Below, piece by piece: positions 48,072-57,169 of a DNA stretch of 64,000 nucleotides. Numbering within the stretch: position 1 is the first letter of the stretch; the number at the start of each line of letters is the position of its first letter. A program made the translations under genes and the position numbers. The stretch comes from Prevotella sp. (GTDB lineage Bacteria > Bacteroidota > Bacteroidia > Bacteroidales > Dysgonomonadaceae). The DNA lies in NCBI GenBank assembly GCA_031285625.1, contig JAITVV010000035.1:1-64000 (forward strand), read 5' to 3'. The notes under the pieces were generated by a model that saw nothing but the letters and a program-made list of their open reading frames with translations, ran no database searches and was not told the DNA's origin.

Positions 48072-48824
48072 TTATTTCGCCCTACGTCTGAATTCAGCAC
48101 AGATAATCGCCGTTGCTATTGCTACGTTCAATGATTCTGAAGTAGGGCTTCCTATCGGATAATTTGGTATAAATAGTTTTTTAGTAATAAGCTTTTCTAT
48201 TTCAGGACGTATGCCATTGCCTTCATTTCCCATAACAATAATACCTGTTGAAGAGATATCCTCATTATACATATCCCTGCCATCCAATAATGTTCCATAA
48301 ACAGGCAAATGGTTGTTCTGTCCTAAGAAACCGGCTAAATCCACATAGTGTACACTTACTCGGGCTAAAGCTCCCATCGTTGCTTGCACTACTTTAGGAT
48401 TGTAAATATCTACTGTGTCTTGAGAGCAAAATATATACCTGATTCCATACCAGTCTGCCAGCCGGATTATTGTCCCCATATTTCCAGGATCCTGAATGCC
48501 ATCCAAAGCCAATACCAACTGATCACTTAAATCTATAAGAGTATCGTTCTTTGGCTGATAGAATACGGCTAAAACCTGTTGCGGATTTTGTAAAAAACTT
48601 GCCTGAGAAAGTTCCTTGTCATTTATTTCAATAACCTCTTCAACATTTTGCAAATTAATTGTATTTAAAAAGTCTGCAGTAGCAATAAGTAACTGGCATT
48701 TCAGATGTGGTAACAGGTCACTCACCATCTTATTACCTTCTGCTACAAAAGTTCCGTATTCTGAGCGATACTTTTTCTCTTTTAAAGAGCGGATATATTT
48801 CAGTTTATTTTTACTTAAACTCAT
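48072..48824 (-). CDS. TrmH/SpoU family RNA methyltransferase
   Basis: F.AEG.K, LDGIQDPGNMGTIIR, VQATMG, MGNEGNG, ESLNVA. Confidence 0.93.
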   Translation of the reverse strand: MSLSKNKLKYIRSLKEKKYRSEYGTFVAEGNKMVSDLLPHLKCQLLIATADFLNTINLQNVEEVIEINDKELSQASFLQNPQQVLAVFYQPKNDTLIDLSDQLVLALDGIQDPGNMGTIIRLADWYGIRYIFCSQDTVDIYNPKVVQATMGALARVSVHYVDLAGFLGQNNHLPVYGTLLDGRDMYNEDISSTGIIVMGNEGNGIRPEIEKLITKKLFIPNYPIGSPTSESLNVAIATAIICAEFRRRAK

Positions 48825-48836
48825 CTATAATATTTT

Positions 48837-49229
48837 TCAGCACATTACTTCTAACCTGTTGCCTTCCGGATCAAGCGTCTCGAACTCATAATAGCCATCA
48901 CCTGTTTGACGGGGGCCTCTCAATACCTGATAACCGGCATCCTGCAACTCTTTGGCTTTTGCATCTACTTCCTCTCTTGTTTCTACAACAAAAGCCAGAT
49001 GGATCAGTCCCTTATGTTGTTTACCAACTACATCATTTTCGTTCTCGGGAATATCAATCCTATGCATAATCTCCAACTGACCTCCCGAATCAAAACTAAG
49101 GAAATAGCTTCTAAAACCTGTCGTTTTATTCTCGTACAGATTATTGGCAGTAGCACCAAAATATTTCAGATAATACTCCTTCTCTTTCTCCAAATCTGTA
49201 ACCCAGATAGCTGCATGATGAAGTTTCAT
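48837..49229 (-). CDS. VOC/glyoxalase family protein
   Basis: HHAAIW..DLE, LEIM, HLAF, GPR.TGDGYYE....DPEGNRLE. Confidence 0.9.
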   Translation of the reverse strand: MKLHHAAIWVTDLEKEKEYYLKYFGATANNLYENKTTGFRSYFLSFDSGGQLEIMHRIDIPENENDVVGKQHKGLIHLAFVVETREEVDAKAKELQDAGYQVLRGPRQTGDGYYEFETLDPEGNRLEVMC

Positions 49230-49264
49230 AATTATTTTATAATTGATTAATACTCTTTTTGTAA

Positions 49265-49302
49265 CAAAACTACAAAAAGAAACAATTAAAACCCTAAATT
49301 TG
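49265..49302. promoter_or_regulatory. Back-to-back -7 elements for the VOC-trmH operon (-) and tamL (+)
   Basis: TAGTTTTG on - strand at 49265-49272; TAAATTTG on + strand at 49295-49302. Confidence 0.5.
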
Positions 49303-49343
49303 CCGTTGATTTGATAAATAGAATTTGTTTCAGGTTATTCTCA

Positions 49344-51755
49344 ATGAGGTATACATTATATATTTCCCTTTTTATTACAATATTTTGTGCTGTACTGACC
49401 CAATCATGTAGCACAACAAAATATGTTCCTGAAGGAGAATATCTTCTTGCAAACGCAACAGTGAAAAGTGATAAAAAGGTGATGTCTACACTGGAGATGG
49501 AAAATTATATCAAGCAAAAACCCAATTTTAAAACCTTTGCAATATTTAAACTCCCCTTGTTTTTATATAATCTCTCAGGTGTAGATACTACTAAATGGGT
49601 TAATCGTACATTGCGTAATGCCGGAGATCCCCCTGTACTATATGACAGTACAATGTTGGGACAAACAGTAATTGACCTGAAACGTATGATGACGAATAAA
49701 GGGTACCTGGACACACAGGTTACCCCTATTGTCCAGCTAAAAGGCAAAAAAGCAAAGGTGACTTACGATATTAAAGGCGGAGAGCCCTATCGTATCAATG
49801 ATTATAATATTGAAGTAAACGACAGTGTCATAAAAAAGAGAATAATACCAATTCTGTCTCAACAATCGCGACTGGGAAGACGTGGCAGAGGTGCCTTGTC
49901 GATGAATATAGATTCTGTCCTATATAGAAATACATTGGTTCGTAAAAATACCCGTTTTGATCTGGATATGCTGGATGAGGAACGTAGCCGGATTGCTTCT
50001 ATTCTGCGAAGAACGGGATATTATGCTTTTAATAAAGAATACATAGGCTTTGAAGCTGATACACTCATTGGTAATCATAAGGTCGATCTTGATCTTACAA
50101 TATATCCCTTTGCTACACGAACACCCGATGGAAAGGTTGTAGAAACGCCGCATAGGCAATATGTTATAAAAGATGTGGTGTTGTTAGTGGATTACAACCC
50201 TCTGGCTGATGGAAGTGTGAATGAATATGAATCAACCAGTGAGTACCAGGCAGGCAATTATAAAATTAAATATGGTCCCCGTGGAGAATATATAAAGCCC
50301 AGTACTATTCTGGATAATTGTTATATAATGCCGGGCGCACTATTTAATGAAAATATGACATCGCTGACATATAATGCTTTGTCTCAATTAAAAATACTGA
50401 AAAATGTAAACATTAGCTACACAGAGATATTGGAAAATGACTCGACCAAGTTACATTGTGTCATTACATGTGTACCTGATAAGAAACAAGGTATTTCAGC
50501 AGAAGTAGAAGGAACAAACTCAGGAGGATATTTTGGTGTAGGAGCAGGTATAGGATATCTGCACCGGAATGCATTTAAAGGTTCAGAGCTCTTTAATGTA
50601 AGGCTTAGAGGTGCCTATGAAGCAATCACGCCAAGTTTTACCAGCTTTTCGGAAAACTATTTTGAAATAGGTGGAGAAACATCCCTTACTTTCCCTAATT
50701 TTCTATTTCCTTTTGTAAATAGAGATTTTAAACGGCGAATTCACGCTTCTACCCAACTTAATGCCAGTTATACATTTCAGCGAAGACCCGGCTTTTTTAC
50801 CCGAACTGTGTTAGGCTCAGGAGTTAAATATATATGGCAGGATAGGCGCCAATCATTAAACCGTCATACTTTCGATTTAGTAAATATAAGTTACATACAT
50901 CTCCCTAAAAACAGCCTCGACTCAGTATTTTTAAGCAGACTATCATCTGCGGCACGACAATATAGCTTTAAAGACCATTTTATCCTCGGTACAGGATATA
51001 CATTCGCTCGTACAAATGTAGCAAGTCCTAACAGGCGTAATCAATCTATATATTCTCTTCGTGCATCTATCGAAACCGCCGGAAACTTATTGGCACTGGC
51101 TGCAAAAATAGCTGATGCAAAGCCTGACTCATTAGGGTCTAAGCAGGTATTCGGTACTAATTTTGCGCAATATGTACGTGCCACAGTTGACTATAGCAGA
51201 ACTTATCAGATAGATGATAAAAATGCTGTTGCATGGCATATTGGAGGAGGACTTGCCTATCCTTACGGGAATAATCAGCAAATTCCTATACAAAAACGAT
51301 TTTTCGCCGGGGGCGCCAATAGTGTACGTGGATGGTCGATACGGGAACTTGGTCCGGGCTCCTATTATTTTAAAAGTGCAGGAGAGGATGATAAAGACAA
51401 CTTTTATTATCATTCGGGCGACATACGCTTAGATGCCAGTATAGAATATCGTAGTAAATTATTCTGGATAATAGAGATGGGAGCTTTCATCGATGCCGGA
51501 AATATCTGGACTGTAAAAAATTATGAGGATCAACCGGATGGGGCATTCAAAGTCAACAAATTTTATAAAGAAATTGCTTTCGCCTGGGGGCTCGGACTGC
51601 GTCTTGACTTCGATTTTGTACTAATTCGCCTTGACTGTGGATGGAAAGCATATGATCCTTCCGGTGACCCAAATACAACCCGGTGGCCTATAAAAGAGCC
51701 TTGGAGAATCAAAAAAAATACAGCTTGGCATATAGCCGTGGGATACCCATTCTGA
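49344..51755 (+). CDS. tamL: Omp85/BamA-TamA family lipoprotein TamL
   Basis: Lipobox LTQSC-STTKYVP.GEYLL, POTRA-like N-terminus, FFAGG.NSVRGW, F.DAGNIW, GLRLD, C-terminal GYPF; start moved from TTG 49311 to ATG 49344. Confidence 0.85.
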   Translation: MRYTLYISLFITIFCAVLTQSCSTTKYVPEGEYLLANATVKSDKKVMSTLEMENYIKQKPNFKTFAIFKLPLFLYNLSGVDTTKWVNRTLRNAGDPPVLYDSTMLGQTVIDLKRMMTNKGYLDTQVTPIVQLKGKKAKVTYDIKGGEPYRINDYNIEVNDSVIKKRIIPILSQQSRLGRRGRGALSMNIDSVLYRNTLVRKNTRFDLDMLDEERSRIASILRRTGYYAFNKEYIGFEADTLIGNHKVDLDLTIYPFATRTPDGKVVETPHRQYVIKDVVLLVDYNPLADGSVNEYESTSEYQAGNYKIKYGPRGEYIKPSTILDNCYIMPGALFNENMTSLTYNALSQLKILKNVNISYTEILENDSTKLHCVITCVPDKKQGISAEVEGTNSGGYFGVGAGIGYLHRNAFKGSELFNVRLRGAYEAITPSFTSFSENYFEIGGETSLTFPNFLFPFVNRDFKRRIHASTQLNASYTFQRRPGFFTRTVLGSGVKYIWQDRRQSLNRHTFDLVNISYIHLPKNSLDSVFLSRLSSAARQYSFKDHFILGTGYTFARTNVASPNRRNQSIYSLRASIETAGNLLALAAKIADAKPDSLGSKQVFGTNFAQYVRATVDYSRTYQIDDKNAVAWHIGGGLAYPYGNNQQIPIQKRFFAGGANSVRGWSIRELGPGSYYFKSAGEDDKDNFYYHSGDIRLDASIEYRSKLFWIIEMGAFIDAGNIWTVKNYEDQPDGAFKVNKFYKEIAFAWGLGLRLDFDFVLIRLDCGWKAYDPSGDPNTTRWPIKEPWRIKKNTAWHIAVGYPF

Positions 51756-51868
51756 TGGCTTTTTCTATTCAATCTCTTTTTCAATATTTAATTCTTTTTA
51801 GGCAATAAGTTCTAATCATATATGTTAAATAGAAGTACATTTGCATAACAAGATTGAAATTTTTGTCG

Positions 51869-52690
51869 ATGAAAAAATTATATACCTTATTTTTATTTCT
51901 ACTCTTGACTGTATCTATATCTGCACAAACGTATGAAGATATGGTTAGCCGGGCAATGGATTATATTGATCAAAAGGACTATGCCGCAGCAGAGCAGGCT
52001 ATGAAAGCTGCTTTACGTAAAGAACCTGCTAACCCTAACAATATAATGTTGATGGTCAATCTCGGAACTATTCAACGGAACTTAGGACAATATGAGGAAG
52101 CGCTCATTTCTTATAATGTGGCTATAGAACGATATCCAGACAAGGCATTTCTAAGGCAAAGCAGAGCAGCATTATACTGTGATATGGGGCGCTTCGACGA
52201 TGCAATGAAAGACTACAATACTATATTGTTAAGCGATCCTGAAGATATAGAAGCCTTATATCGCCGGGGCTTATTACAATTAAATAGTAAAAACCTATTT
52301 GCAGCAGAGGAAGATTTTGATAAAATCCTGAAGAAAGCGCCGGAAAACCTACGGGGCAAAATGGGATTAGCCCTGATAATGAAACGCAGGGGAGAATTTA
52401 AAGAAGCGGAAGAACTATATAGTGACCTCATCTATAAACACAGAACAAATGCCGATTTATACTTTAACAGGGCTGAGTGTTATCTCCAGCTTGATAAGCT
52501 ATCGCGCACACAAGATGATATAGTCAAAGCATTAGAGTTAGGATGCAGCGATCCGCTTATCTATATACTCAGAGGCCAACTACGACTTGCTCAATACGAG
52601 AAACGCCTTGCAAAAGAAGACTTTCTTAAAGCTCAGGAAATGGGTGTGAATGAAGATATTGTAAATGATTTTCTACGATTGTGTAATTGA
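51869..52690 (+). CDS. Secreted tetratricopeptide repeat protein
   Basis: Signal peptide MKKLYTLFLFLLLTVSISAQ; several TPR units; TACATTTG -7 box at 51836-51843 supports ATG 51869. Confidence 0.88.
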   Translation: MKKLYTLFLFLLLTVSISAQTYEDMVSRAMDYIDQKDYAAAEQAMKAALRKEPANPNNIMLMVNLGTIQRNLGQYEEALISYNVAIERYPDKAFLRQSRAALYCDMGRFDDAMKDYNTILLSDPEDIEALYRRGLLQLNSKNLFAAEEDFDKILKKAPENLRGKMGLALIMKRRGEFKEAEELYSDLIYKHRTNADLYFNRAECYLQLDKLSRTQDDIVKALELGCSDPLIYILRGQLRLAQYEKRLAKEDFLKAQEMGVNEDIVNDFLRLCN

Positions 52691-52711
52691 TCTGATTTTC
52701 ATCCTGACTTC

Positions 52712-52778
52712 ATAATAATTATTGATAAAGGCATAATTATAATCTATTTGATTTATTAAAAAGATGCACTTACTTTTG
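52712..52778 (+). promoter_or_regulatory. Canonical Bacteroidota promoter with adjacent OxyR/LysR-like site
   Basis: TTTG 52747-52750, N20, TACTTTTG 52771-52778; upstream ATAA-N7-TGAT-N6-ATAA-N7-CTAT (52712-52747). Confidence 0.6.
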
Positions 52779-52815
52779 TAAGTAAGAATTACAAATAAAT
52801 CAAAAAATAATTATT

Positions 52816-53451
52816 ATGTCAGTATTAGTAGGAAAAAAGGCACCGGTATTTAATACAAGTGCAGTTGTAAATGGAGGGGAAATAGTAGAAAATTTTTCTT
52901 TGGAACAATACAAAGGAAAAAAATATGTATTGTTTTTCTTCTATCCGGCGGATTTTACATTTGTTTGTCCGACAGAAATCATAGCTTTTCAAGAAAAAAT
53001 TGCAGAGTTTGAATCTCGCAATGTAGCTGTAGTAGGTGCATCTACAGACTCGGCAAATTCTCACTGGAAATGGTTACAAACAGAACAGAATGACGGTGGC
53101 ATTAAAGGAGTAAAATATCCGATAGTTGCAGACCAGACATTGATGATCTCCACTGCCTATGATGTATTGGCAGGATCATTCGACTACAATGATCAGGGAG
53201 AGGATGTATTTGTTGGTGCTCCTCAGGCTTATCGTGGGCTTTTCCTTATCGATAAAGAAGGAATTGTTCGTCATCAGGTAGTGAACGATATGCCGCTCGG
53301 ACGTAGTGTGGATGAAGCTCTACGTGTAATTGATGCCCTTCAGTTTACAGAAGAATATGGTGAAGTATGTCCTGCCAATTGGAAAAAAGGAGAAAAAGCA
53401 CTGAAAGCAACACATGAAGGAATCTCTGATTATTTATCTCATAAACATTAA
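52816..53451 (+). CDS. Typical 2-Cys peroxiredoxin (AhpC/TSA family)
   Basis: FFYPADFTFVCPTE and resolving EVCPANW; no ahpF adjacent. Confidence 0.95.
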   Translation: MSVLVGKKAPVFNTSAVVNGGEIVENFSLEQYKGKKYVLFFFYPADFTFVCPTEIIAFQEKIAEFESRNVAVVGASTDSANSHWKWLQTEQNDGGIKGVKYPIVADQTLMISTAYDVLAGSFDYNDQGEDVFVGAPQAYRGLFLIDKEGIVRHQVVNDMPLGRSVDEALRVIDALQFTEEYGEVCPANWKKGEKALKATHEGISDYLSHKH

Positions 53452-53488
53452 CTGCTTGGTTAATATTTTAGATTAATTTAGTTCTAAG

Positions 53489-53516
53489 AAGCCGTAATTT
53501 ATATTGCGGCTTTTTT
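53489..53516 (+). terminator. Intrinsic terminator after the peroxiredoxin gene
   Basis: AAGCCGTAAT / ATTGCGGCTT stem then TTTT. Confidence 0.8.
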
Positions 53517-53624
53517 ATAAGTATTTAAATATTTGTTTTTATTTAAGCTACTTAACCACTAAAAGAGAAAGTAAAAACAAACCTATTTGCGTATCTTTGC
53601 ATCCGATTATTAAAATATACTGAC

Positions 53625-54812
53625 ATGTCCCAATATAATTTTGATGAAATAATTGACCGTAGAGGAACTAATGCTTTAAAAACCGATGCATTGGCTACCC
53701 GTTATGGAAATCCGGATCTCATTTCTTTGTGGGTTGCTGATATGGATTTCAAATCACCTCCAGCTGTAGCAGATGCTATTATCGAAAGGGCAAAACATGG
53801 TATCTTTGGATATACCGGGCCTTCGCAAGAATACTACAATTCAATTATTAACTGGGTAGATCGCCATCATAACTGGAAAATACAGCAGGAATGGCTAACT
53901 TTTATTCCCGGGATAGTTAAGGGGATCGCATTTGTTATAGATTGTTTTACCTCCAGAGATCATCAGGTTATCATTCAACCTCCTGTTTATCATCCATTCA
54001 GGATCATTCCGAGCCTGCATCATCGTATTGTAAAAGATAATCCATTGAAACTGGAAACAGGGCAATATAAGATGGATATTGACGGGTTAAAAGCAATGAT
54101 AGAGCCTGCAAGTAAGGTACTTATTCTGTGTAACCCTCACAATCCTGGAGGCAGGGTCTGGACTCGCCAGGAACTGGTAGATATTGCGGAGATCTGCTAT
54201 GAGCATAAGATATTGATTATTTCCGATGAAATCCATTCTGATTTGGCTTTTTCCCCCAATAAACATATACCCTTTGCCAGTGTTTCTGAAAAAGCTGCTC
54301 AAAACAGTATCACTTTTATGGCACCAAGCAAGACATTTAATATTGCAGGTATTGTCAGTTCATATTCAATCATCCCAAATAAAGAATTAAGAGATAAGTT
54401 TAATGCATATCTGGAAAGCAGTGAGCTTGATGAGGGACATATCTTTGCATATCTGGCTGCACAAGCTGCTTATGAGCATGGAGACGAATGGCTGACACAG
54501 GCAAAAGACTATATCTGGAAAAACATTACTTTTGTAGATGAGTATTTAAAAGTAAATATACCTCAGATAAAGGCAATGATCCCAGAAGCATCATTCCTTA
54601 TCTGGTTGGACTGCACAGAATTGAATCTATCCCAGAAAGATTTGGTATCTCTATTTGTTAATGATGCCAAACTGGCACTAAATGACGGTACAATGTTTGG
54701 ACACGGCGGAGAAGGATATATGCGGATGAATATAGGTACCCCGTTGGCCAATATACAAAAAGCGTTGGATAATCTTAAAAAGGCGGTCGATACGAAACAA
54801 ATGCATCGCTAG
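53625..54812 (+). CDS. MalY/PatB family PLP-dependent C-S lyase
   Basis: LWVADMDF, GIFGY, PPVYHPF, LCNPHNP.G, SDEIHSD, APSKTFN; TATCTTTG -7 box at 53592-53599. Confidence 0.93.
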   Translation: MSQYNFDEIIDRRGTNALKTDALATRYGNPDLISLWVADMDFKSPPAVADAIIERAKHGIFGYTGPSQEYYNSIINWVDRHHNWKIQQEWLTFIPGIVKGIAFVIDCFTSRDHQVIIQPPVYHPFRIIPSLHHRIVKDNPLKLETGQYKMDIDGLKAMIEPASKVLILCNPHNPGGRVWTRQELVDIAEICYEHKILIISDEIHSDLAFSPNKHIPFASVSEKAAQNSITFMAPSKTFNIAGIVSSYSIIPNKELRDKFNAYLESSELDEGHIFAYLAAQAAYEHGDEWLTQAKDYIWKNITFVDEYLKVNIPQIKAMIPEASFLIWLDCTELNLSQKDLVSLFVNDAKLALNDGTMFGHGGEGYMRMNIGTPLANIQKALDNLKKAVDTKQMHR

Positions 54813-54915
54813 AATTGTTTTTATTACAATTTAGGCATGGTTATTGTTATAAATAAGCAAACAAATGAGTCTCAACAGACTTGGTTATTAATCTAAATAA
54901 ACAACTACTTAAAAA

Positions 54916-55524
54916 ATGAAAATTTCAACTAATAAGTTTGTGGCTTTATCATACGACCTTACAGTTGGTGAAGCAGAAGAACGCGAACTAATGGAAAGAG
55001 CAACAGCTGAGACTCCACTTGAATTTATCTATGGAACAAACTCTATGCTTGAGGCTTTTGAAAAAAATATTGACGGATTAGCAGAGGGTGATTCTTTCAA
55101 CTTTGTACTTACTCCGGAAGAAGCATATGGTGAATACGACGATGAGCATGTAGTAGATCTTCCACGTCATATATTTGAACAAGATGGTAAATTGAACGAA
55201 GAAGTTATCTTCGAAGGAAATACCGTTCCTATGATGGATACAAATGGCAACCGTCTTAACGGTTCTGTTGTAGAAGTTAAAGATGATGTCATTAAAATGG
55301 ACTTCAACCACCCATTGGCTGGCGAAACATTAAATTTTGAAGGAAAGGTTCTTACAGTAAGAGAGTCTACACCGGAAGAAATTGCTGCATTATTTGCTCC
55401 TCAGGGAGGTTGTGGCTGTGGTTCGGGCTGTGGATGCGGAGATGATGAAGAAGGCTCTTGCGGATGCGGTAGCGGAGAAAAAGAAATGGCCGGAGGCTGT
55501 GGTTCCGGTTGTGGTTGTCACTAA
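54916..55524 (+). CDS. slyD: FKBP-type peptidyl-prolyl isomerase SlyD with Cys/Gly-rich tail
   Basis: PL.FI.G, PEEAYG, DFNHPLAG.TL.F; tail GGCGCGSGCGCG...GCGCH. Confidence 0.9.
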   Translation: MKISTNKFVALSYDLTVGEAEERELMERATAETPLEFIYGTNSMLEAFEKNIDGLAEGDSFNFVLTPEEAYGEYDDEHVVDLPRHIFEQDGKLNEEVIFEGNTVPMMDTNGNRLNGSVVEVKDDVIKMDFNHPLAGETLNFEGKVLTVRESTPEEIAALFAPQGGCGCGSGCGCGDDEEGSCGCGSGEKEMAGGCGSGCGCH

Positions 55525-55543
55525 GATATAAATCTTATTATAG

Positions 55544-55570
55544 AAAAGACAGGTATATACCTGTCTTTTT
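55544..55570 (+). terminator. Intrinsic terminator after slyD
   Basis: Perfect palindrome AAAAGACAGGTATATACCTGTCTTTT. Confidence 0.8.
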
Positions 55571-55605
55571 GTTTTCACTTACTATCATTAACCAAATTAG
55601 TACAA

Positions 55606-55968
55606 ATGAAAAAACTACAAATTTTTCTTGTTTTCATTGTTATTGTTGTCGTTGCAGCAGTATTTACAAATCCGAATGAAAAAAAACATAAAGAGGCATT
55701 AAAAGCTAAGTTGAAAACCCATATACAGGAGTATACAGATAGAGAAGATTTTATGACGCGTTCTCTAGGTATGCTACTCGGAGGAGCAGCTGTAGATCAA
55801 CTGGTAGATAGCTACATTACTACCGAAAATTATATTATTTTTTCGAAAACGATCTTGACCATTAATGGGAAAAAGAAAGAGATTGGAGTCGGTTTTTTAG
55901 GAAATGTGTATCCTACCAAAAAGATAGATGAGGTTCTGACCGAAGAATTATCACAGATTAGGTTGTAG
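55606..55968 (+). CDS. DUF4359-like membrane-anchored protein
   Basis: N-terminal TM then TNP..KKHKEA, NY.IFS, IG.GFLGNV; paralog at 62435-62821. Confidence 0.7.
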   Translation: MKKLQIFLVFIVIVVVAAVFTNPNEKKHKEALKAKLKTHIQEYTDREDFMTRSLGMLLGGAAVDQLVDSYITTENYIIFSKTILTINGKKKEIGVGFLGNVYPTKKIDEVLTEELSQIRL

Positions 55969-57154
55969 CCTTATTTATTAAAATAAATGCTCTGTATCTG
56001 CTTTCTTCTGTAATGGGTACAAGTGGTAGATAACCACACTTTACTTTGTTATTCTCAAGAGATAGAGGGTATTCTTTTTCCATCTGTAGATGATTTATAT
56101 AAGTTTTTCCAATCTTAGGATTGAAGTCTATATAAAACTTACCTTTTGAGTTTGCTGCTACGAAGTTTTTACTTAAATAATATGCCAGATATCCCATGTT
56201 GTATCGCATATTTATTTCAACACAAGGTTGTAGCTTAAATTCATTATCATCCCTATATATGAGCATATCTACTCCTATACATCCTTCATATATAGAGGAG
56301 TATTTTTCTGTAAGTAACTTTATTAAATGTTCTTGTACATCGTTTATTAACGATAGTGAAACCTTTTCTGATAATATACTTTCTATATCTTCTTGGGAAC
56401 CAATATAATTAGATTCATATCCTCCTTTTGTATTTGTTTGGAAGAAAGAATATCCCACAAATTCAATATTCCCCTTGCCGTCAGACATAAATTCCATGGC
56501 AAAATCGGTCTGTTTGTCCAGAACTTGTTCTACCGATACACTTCCTTGTTTCTTGATAATACCATGTAATATCTGATTTTCAGTTCGGGTAAGACCTGTT
56601 ACAGGAAGCCAGAGCAACCCTCTTCCTGAGGAAGAATAAGGAGCTTTTGCTAACAACTGATAAGGAGAATCATCAACAGCTTTTGATACATCTTCCAGTT
56701 GAGTATAAAAATGAGGAATAATGGAATCCGAAAGTTGTGGTATTTGCTTTATCAATTCGGTGAGACAATCACGTGCAGCCTGCCTGCTATTCAGGTATGA
56801 ATAATCCTCTTTCCATTCGGAGATAGTAATATCTGTTGCATATTCTCTTTTCAGTTCTTCGAAATAATGGACAGATTGCGGAGAAATGCCCCATAAAGCT
56901 ACTTTGGCAGAGTCGTATCCTTTTAGCTCATCCACCGTTATCGGTTTAGGAAGATTAGGGAAATTATAGGCTAACCATTTGTAATATTCATTTGTTTTGT
57001 CATCGACTAATACAAGATCATTTCCTTTGCCATACCATGCCGGAAGAAAAGCCAACTCTTTTTGCATAGCCACTACATTTGTAGGAGCCATATAATAAGG
57101 CGATGCATTTAGCACTGCAGTTTCATGTCCCGGATTGAAATAATGTATTTTCAA
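55958..57154 (-). CDS. Conserved hypothetical protein with an ATP-grasp-like fold
   Basis: LAKAPYSSSGRGL, VEQ......DFAMEF, G.IGVDM, CVEINMRYNMG (E.N.R); 15 bp downstream of the MBOAT gene. Confidence 0.7.
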   Translation of the reverse strand: MKIHYFNPGHETAVLNASPYYMAPTNVVAMQKELAFLPAWYGKGNDLVLVDDKTNEYYKWLAYNFPNLPKPITVDELKGYDSAKVALWGISPQSVHYFEELKREYATDITISEWKEDYSYLNSRQAARDCLTELIKQIPQLSDSIIPHFYTQLEDVSKAVDDSPYQLLAKAPYSSSGRGLLWLPVTGLTRTENQILHGIIKKQGSVSVEQVLDKQTDFAMEFMSDGKGNIEFVGYSFFQTNTKGGYESNYIGSQEDIESILSEKVSLSLINDVQEHLIKLLTEKYSSIYEGCIGVDMLIYRDDNEFKLQPCVEINMRYNMGYLAYYLSKNFVAANSKGKFYIDFNPKIGKTYINHLQMEKEYPLSLENNKVKCGYLPLVPITEESRYRAFILINKATT

Positions 57155-57169
57155 TTTGTATTCGGCTTA

